The notes beneath the pieces are model-generated. The model was not told where the DNA came from, did no database searches, and worked only from the letters and a program-made list of their open reading frames with translations. DNA of 62,123 nt from a virus (taxonomy: Duplodnaviria > Caudoviricetes). Position numbers and translations under genes: made by a program. Each line of letters opens with the position of its first letter. Within the stretch, counting starts at the first letter, position 1. Where the stretch lies: the IMG/VR virus record IMGVR_UViG_3300020190_004289, positions 1-62,123 of that record; one strand, 5' to 3'. Of the stretch, positions 57,473 to 62,123 are shown piece after piece.

Positions 57473-57775
57473 ATGACAGATAATACAGTTATTCCTCAAG
57501 ATAGAAATTTAACAGAGGAAGATTTTGCGCAGTTAAAAAGAGTACGTAATAATTTTCTTACATCTACAGACAGTTATATGTTAATGAACGATCTTCCTGA
57601 TTCTTTATTGGAGAAAATAACTTCTTATAGGAATACAATTCGTAATATTGATTCAAAGTTTGGTACCGAGTGGGTAAAAGAAAGTGATATTGAGTGGCCA
57701 GACATTCCCACTGAACTGATTACTAAACACACAGTTCCGTTTGTTCCTCCACCTGGATCAACAGTAGAAGTATAA
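57473..57775 (+). CDS. Tail-fibre assembly chaperone-like protein 3
   Basis: RNNFLTSTD...YRNTIRNI...IEWPDIP. Confidence 0.8.
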   Translation: MTDNTVIPQDRNLTEEDFAQLKRVRNNFLTSTDSYMLMNDLPDSLLEKITSYRNTIRNIDSKFGTEWVKESDIEWPDIPTELITKHTVPFVPPPGSTVEV

Positions 57776-57798
57776 AAAAAGGGGCTTTATAGCCCCTT
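57774..57798 (-). terminator. Terminator at the convergence of the fibre and modification operons
   Basis: AAGGGGCT-TTAT-AGCCCCTT stem, with an A7 tract giving a U-run on the minus strand. Confidence 0.8.
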
Positions 57799-58521
57799 CA
57801 TTGTTTTTGGATCGTCTAATAATACATGAGGACGCCATGGATTATGTTGCATTGTTATTGGTAAAACTATATCTACGGCAATACTAATTCGTGTCTTTTC
57901 TGTCTTATCGCTGTAATGTCTAATCCAGCTTGGAAAAAATATCAATCTACTTTCCTTTGTTTCGATATGAAATTCCATCTCCCTCTCCCCCTGAATCCCA
58001 AAGGGATGTACAATCCTTAAACACGAATTATCTGATTGAGGATAGTAAGTTCCAGCAAGGTATGCATTATTATTAGCAACATGGCAGTGGCTGCTAATAA
58101 ATTCCCCAGGTCTTAGAACATTTGCCCAGCAATGGGCATAGACTTTTACTCTAGGTGCTTTTATGTCAGATAAAAAAAGTAAGTAATTTTCTCTAAATTT
58201 CTTAAAAAGTTCATCTTGTATAGGGTTAGGTTTAAACTTCACAAGATGATCGCCCTCTAACCTTGGACCAGTGTCGTCAAATAAATTGTGTTGTTTCCAT
58301 TGTTGTGTAAACTTGTAAGGATCACTATCATTTTTTGATATTGGACTTACCAATTCTTCTTCCCGAAGGATTTGTTCACATTCTAAAACGTATTCTATTA
58401 GCCTCTTATTAAATTCTGATGTTCCATCTTGTGAACAATAAATCGGGGCATTAATATCCAATGCAAAGACTGAATTGGCTTTACCTTCATTTCCATTCCA
58501 AATTATAGTACGTTTACTCAT
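57787..58521 (-). CDS. Putative 2OG-Fe(II) oxygenase
   Basis: WANV....HCH, LAGTYY, IFFPSWIRH and RISIA. Confidence 0.85.
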   Translation of the reverse strand: MSKRTIIWNGNEGKANSVFALDINAPIYCSQDGTSEFNKRLIEYVLECEQILREEELVSPISKNDSDPYKFTQQWKQHNLFDDTGPRLEGDHLVKFKPNPIQDELFKKFRENYLLFLSDIKAPRVKVYAHCWANVLRPGEFISSHCHVANNNAYLAGTYYPQSDNSCLRIVHPFGIQGEREMEFHIETKESRLIFFPSWIRHYSDKTEKTRISIAVDIVLPITMQHNPWRPHVLLDDPKTMKGL

Positions 58522-60271
58522 CTGTTTTGTTGGGAACTTTAATTAGTTTACTTATTTCTGGTAAGTAGAGATACTCTATATCAGAACGCCTTAAAGTATC
58601 AAGAGCATCATCTATTGTTTCAACAAGTGGATCTCCACCAAGATTAAATGATGTATTAAATAGTATTGGAACATTAGTTAATTTATAAAATTCTTCTATC
58701 AAAGCATAGTAATGTTCATTTTGCTCTTTTGTGACTGTCTGAATTCTGCACGATTTATCTACGTGAATAATTGAAGGTATTTTTTCTTCTACACCTGATT
58801 TACAATTTACAGCGTACATCATAAATGGACTTTCTTCTAAGCCCCTTAAATCAAACCAATCATGCACATACTCTTTTAATATTGTTCCAGCAAAAGGTCT
58901 AAACCATTCACGTTTCTTTACGCCATTAACTATATCTTTACCGTTAACAACAGTCGGATCAAATAATATACTTCTGTTACCAAGAGCTCTTGGACCTCCT
59001 TCAGAACCACCTTGATAAAGCGCTACAATATTTTCTTCTCGAATTAATTTTGCTACATCAGCTGGAGATACATCCGACATTGATTCGTTATTTTGAAGCA
59101 AAATATCATATGAACCTTTTTCTGCAAAATAATTTGGTCCATAGTAAATGTGTTTTGTTTTACGAATGATGTTATCCTCACAAAGAGTGTGGTGTGCAAG
59201 TTTTGCAGCACCTATACAAGTACCTCCATCGTGACTGATGGGTTCGTTGTATATTTTAACTCCCTCCGGGAGATGAGCAAGGTATTCATAATTTGCTACA
59301 CAATTTAATCCATAACCTCCCGCTACTACAATATTCTTACAGCCTGTCACTTCAATAGCTTTAAGAATAAGTCTTAATACTTCTTTCTGTGTGGCTTGCT
59401 GTACTGCATAGGCGAGATTTTTTTGAACTGTAAGATTGTCTGTATCTAAGTACGGATACATCACTCTATCAATATGTGCACCATTTGGATAATTAGGAAC
59501 AAATAGGTTACGATTGCTGAAATAACGTCCTTCCTTACCGTGAAATATAAAAGGTATGTTTGGGTCTTCCTCACCATAAGAAGCAAGACCCATGGCCTTA
59601 CCTGCCTCTATAAAAGGAAACCCACAATAATCTGTCATCGCTTCATAACATTTTGTAATACCAGGTTTATCAGAAAAAATAACATCATGTAAAACATCTT
59701 CACGCCCACGGTGAGAATGAGGTACTTGAATTTTTTCAAATGCAAGTTGAGGACCTCGTAAACCAATATGTTTGTATTTTGTCATAATGTTGGCTGGATA
59801 CTGAGCATGAAAAATACTCTCTAATTCCCAACCTATAGCATTTTCACCTAACGGAACAAAAGTACCTGCACCATCAACAATAACACAAGCTGCCTCTTCA
59901 AATCCCGAATTATAGAAAGCACAAGCTGCGTGCAGTTCGTGGTGTATCATTCCGTAATCTTTTACTTGGGGATGTTCTCTTCCGCTAAAACGTTGATCTA
60001 TGAGACCAATTTTACGAGCAAAACCAGTGTACATATCATCACCAGTAAAATCAATTTTACCAGCAGCTTCAAGGGGTTGAGTGTGTGCAACAGCTAGATA
60101 ATCTAGTTTGTCTGTATATTCCTTAATTTTTAACATGCCAGCTAAAGGACCACCGTCATATTTCTTTTTACTAAGTCTTTCTTCTTCGAGATAAAATACT
60201 ATTTCACCATCTTTAAGAAGGCATGTTGCACCATTGTGACCACGAGTAATACCTGCTATCCACACCGACAT
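58514..60271 (-). CDS. Carbamoyltransferase (NodU/CmcH/TobZ family)
   Basis: EEERLS, HHELHA, DGAG, GKAMGLASYG, GGYGLNCVAN, GPRALGNRS, KKREWFRPFA and NTSFN; the start follows a GGAG SD. Confidence 0.95.
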   Translation of the reverse strand: MSVWIAGITRGHNGATCLLKDGEIVFYLEEERLSKKKYDGGPLAGMLKIKEYTDKLDYLAVAHTQPLEAAGKIDFTGDDMYTGFARKIGLIDQRFSGREHPQVKDYGMIHHELHAACAFYNSGFEEAACVIVDGAGTFVPLGENAIGWELESIFHAQYPANIMTKYKHIGLRGPQLAFEKIQVPHSHRGREDVLHDVIFSDKPGITKCYEAMTDYCGFPFIEAGKAMGLASYGEEDPNIPFIFHGKEGRYFSNRNLFVPNYPNGAHIDRVMYPYLDTDNLTVQKNLAYAVQQATQKEVLRLILKAIEVTGCKNIVVAGGYGLNCVANYEYLAHLPEGVKIYNEPISHDGGTCIGAAKLAHHTLCEDNIIRKTKHIYYGPNYFAEKGSYDILLQNNESMSDVSPADVAKLIREENIVALYQGGSEGGPRALGNRSILFDPTVVNGKDIVNGVKKREWFRPFAGTILKEYVHDWFDLRGLEESPFMMYAVNCKSGVEEKIPSIIHVDKSCRIQTVTKEQNEHYYALIEEFYKLTNVPILFNTSFNLGGDPLVETIDDALDTLRRSDIEYLYLPEISKLIKVPNKTDE

Positions 60272-60272
60272 A

Positions 60273-61226
60273 CTATTCTCCAACTTTCTGTTTAATATCC
60301 GATAAAATATTTTTTATAATTTTATCTTCTTCTTCTTCGTTAAAATTCATACAACTATCGTTTATTCTATTTGATTCAACACACGCTAATTCACTTATGC
60401 GAATAGGATCATAGCGCTTTTGAATACCTTCTTTTTCGATGATGTTAAAAAATCCAGGGTAAGATACATTTATAGCAAACGTTGAGCCAAGTATAACAGT
60501 ACCTGGTATTTCATAACCTCTTGCTATATGTTGGCCCACACTATCACAACCTATAAAATAATCACATTGTTCAATAACACCAGCCCACTTTCTTAAAGTG
60601 ATGTCTTTGGGAGCAAGAGTAATATTATCTCCATAAATTTCAAATTCACTCATTGATATAAGATTGTAGTGTTCCTTAAGTGTGTTAACAATTTTTAAAT
60701 ATGTTGATAATTCAATACTTCGACTACCGTGGTCTACACATAAGCTTAAATTGTCATCTTTAATTACACCACGACCAAAAGGCTGAATAACAATTGTTTT
60801 TTCTTTACCGTGTTTTTCTTTAGCTGCCTTGGTAATTGCTAGACCGTAAAGCTCCTCCTCTTTATTGAGAGTAAGTTTTACTTTATAATTTTCAGCAGGT
60901 TCATAAGAACCATTTATTTGTTTATCGAACGCTTGAGCTAAACTGATTTTTTGATTATAATATTCCCATTCACGATAAGGTTCGGTGGTAATTATTTCCC
61001 CATTACGAATAATATTTTCAAATATACCTTTGGAGTTTGACTCAAATGTGCGGTCTTGTAGTAATTTATTTCCTAATACAAAATCCATACCTCCCTCGGT
61101 AATAATATAACTTTCGGGATTATTTCTAATAAATTTTTCTAAAGCTGGAAGTGAGCATATCATTCGTCCAGCACCACCGTTTACGAAAATACATTTATAC
61201 ATAGCCGTTCCATTACCTTTTGTCAT
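60273..61226 (-). CDS. GT-B glycosyltransferase, GT9 (heptosyltransferase)-like
   Basis: GGAGRMICS.PAL, IVIQPFG and FIGCDSVGQHIA...GTVILG. Confidence 0.75.
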   Translation of the reverse strand: MTKGNGTAMYKCIFVNGGAGRMICSLPALEKFIRNNPESYIITEGGMDFVLGNKLLQDRTFESNSKGIFENIIRNGEIITTEPYREWEYYNQKISLAQAFDKQINGSYEPAENYKVKLTLNKEEELYGLAITKAAKEKHGKEKTIVIQPFGRGVIKDDNLSLCVDHGSRSIELSTYLKIVNTLKEHYNLISMSEFEIYGDNITLAPKDITLRKWAGVIEQCDYFIGCDSVGQHIARGYEIPGTVILGSTFAINVSYPGFFNIIEKEGIQKRYDPIRISELACVESNRINDSCMNFNEEEEDKIIKNILSDIKQKVGE

Positions 61227-61232
61227 TATTTG

Positions 61233-61868
61233 TTATTCCTGTTCCAATGTCAACACAAAATCTTTCAAGTTAGAGTAAATTTGAACCTTTTCTTTACCCG
61301 GGAGATTAATTTTTTTAAGTTTTTCTTGTGCTTCAAGACCTTGACCGGTAAGTATTAAAATAGGAATAGCTTTAGCATTTAACGCCATTTTTACATCTAA
61401 TAAAGAATCTCCAACAATATAACCCTTACTAAATTCAACTCCTGTTTCTTTTTCCGCACGTTTTACCATACCTAAATTTGGTTTTGCGTAAACATCCGTT
61501 GCCTCGTCCGAAGTGTTATAATATAATCCATCAATAGACTGGCATCCAATCTCACCGAGAAGTTTAAACATATAATTATTGACGTTATCTACTTCTTGTG
61601 TGGTTAGTTTATTTCTATAAATACCCGGTTGATCACTAAACACAATTACTCGATGTCCCAATTGTCTCATGCGTAGTATTGATTCTAATGCACCGGTTAT
61701 GGGTTTAAAGTCATAGGGATTTTTAATAACTTGTTTCCATTCAGCAATTACTCCATCCCTATCAACACCAACAACAGGTTTATTGAATACAGTAGGAAAA
61801 GGTTCTGAAAAAGAAGAAGTATTTACTGACTTGATTGAATTAATTAATTCAAGTGTGTAACGCGACAT
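61233..61868 (-). CDS. HAD IIIA phosphatase, GmhB-like
   Basis: DRDGVI, SDQPG, KPNLGM, GDSLLD and LTGQG; the ATG at 61868 follows a GGAG SD. Confidence 0.88.
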   Translation of the reverse strand: MSRYTLELINSIKSVNTSSFSEPFPTVFNKPVVGVDRDGVIAEWKQVIKNPYDFKPITGALESILRMRQLGHRVIVFSDQPGIYRNKLTTQEVDNVNNYMFKLLGEIGCQSIDGLYYNTSDEATDVYAKPNLGMVKRAEKETGVEFSKGYIVGDSLLDVKMALNAKAIPILILTGQGLEAQEKLKKINLPGKEKVQIYSNLKDFVLTLEQE

Positions 61869-61901
61869 TATCAACTCCAAGGGATACATTGTTTATCATT
61901 A

Positions 61902-61930
61902 ATTATAACATTATTTAGTGCTATGGTCAA
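61902..61930 (-). promoter_or_regulatory. Sigma70 promoter for the modification operon
   Basis: Minus-strand TTGACC-17 nt-TATAAT with extended -10 TG; late-like CTAAATA in the spacer. Confidence 0.8.
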
Positions 61931-62123
61931 TACATTAAAAGAAGCAATAAAAGAAAAACACGACATTGCAGAGAAGACTGTCTTCGCTGAACATTTGTTT
62001 TCAGGAAATATTAGTGAGGATACTTATGGTAGTTTTTTATACAATCTTTACTTAATTTACTTCCAGCTCGAAAAAGAATGCACCACAAACAACCTTTTAG
62101 AAGGTATAGAGGGTATTTGTAGA
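61923..62123 (+). CDS. Heme oxygenase-like protein (3'-truncated by window edge)
   Basis: Manual translation MVNTLKEAIKEKHDIAEKTVFAEHLFSGNISEDTYGSFLYNLYLIYFQLE matches the HO N-terminal pattern L(K/R)ExxxxxHxxAE...Y...IYxxLE. Confidence 0.75.
   Translation, partial: MVNTLKEAIKEKHDIAEKTVFAEHLFSGNISEDTYGSFLYNLYLIYFQLEKECTTNNLLEGIEGICR

Noticed and set aside
1-62123. Stop-codon reassignment or Cys-richness due to recoding
   Set aside because: Core genes are full length in the standard code, TAA, TAG and TGA all end genes, and the Cys residues are encoded by TGT/TGC.

Overview
This window is a 62 kb, AT-rich segment of a T4-like (Tevenvirinae/Kyanoviridae-style) myophage genome. The host is probably a betaproteobacterium, inferred from the tmRNA tag ANDERFALAA. 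From left to right it holds: (1) the 3' end of nrdB and a host-like auxiliary block (Bax-inhibitor-1/YccA, IscU, IscA/ErpA, fatty-acid desaturase, dCMP deaminase); (2) T4 core early/middle genes (endonuclease II-like, RNase H, dsbA, PhoH, M15 endolysin, exonuclease); (3) a circularly permuted two-piece tmRNA gene; (4) gp33, gp59 and gp32; (5) the tail/baseplate module (gp4, gp2, gp54, gp26, gp51, gp48, gp53, hub, split gp5, PAAR, gp25, gp6, gp7, gp8, split VrlC-like); (6) about 20 kb of tail-fibre genes ending in three tandem pairs of a Cys/Gly-rich tip protein plus a small chaperone; (7) a convergent modification operon (GmhB-like phosphatase, GT9-like glycosyltransferase, carbamoyltransferase, 2OG-Fe oxygenase); and (8) the start of a heme oxygenase. 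The strongest leads are the Cys-rich tip triad with its adjoining modification enzymes, the permuted tmRNA, and two candidate programmed -1 frameshifts (gp26 to gp51, and a dnaX-type site at 6402). All family assignments come from motif recognition by eye and gene order; no database searches were run.
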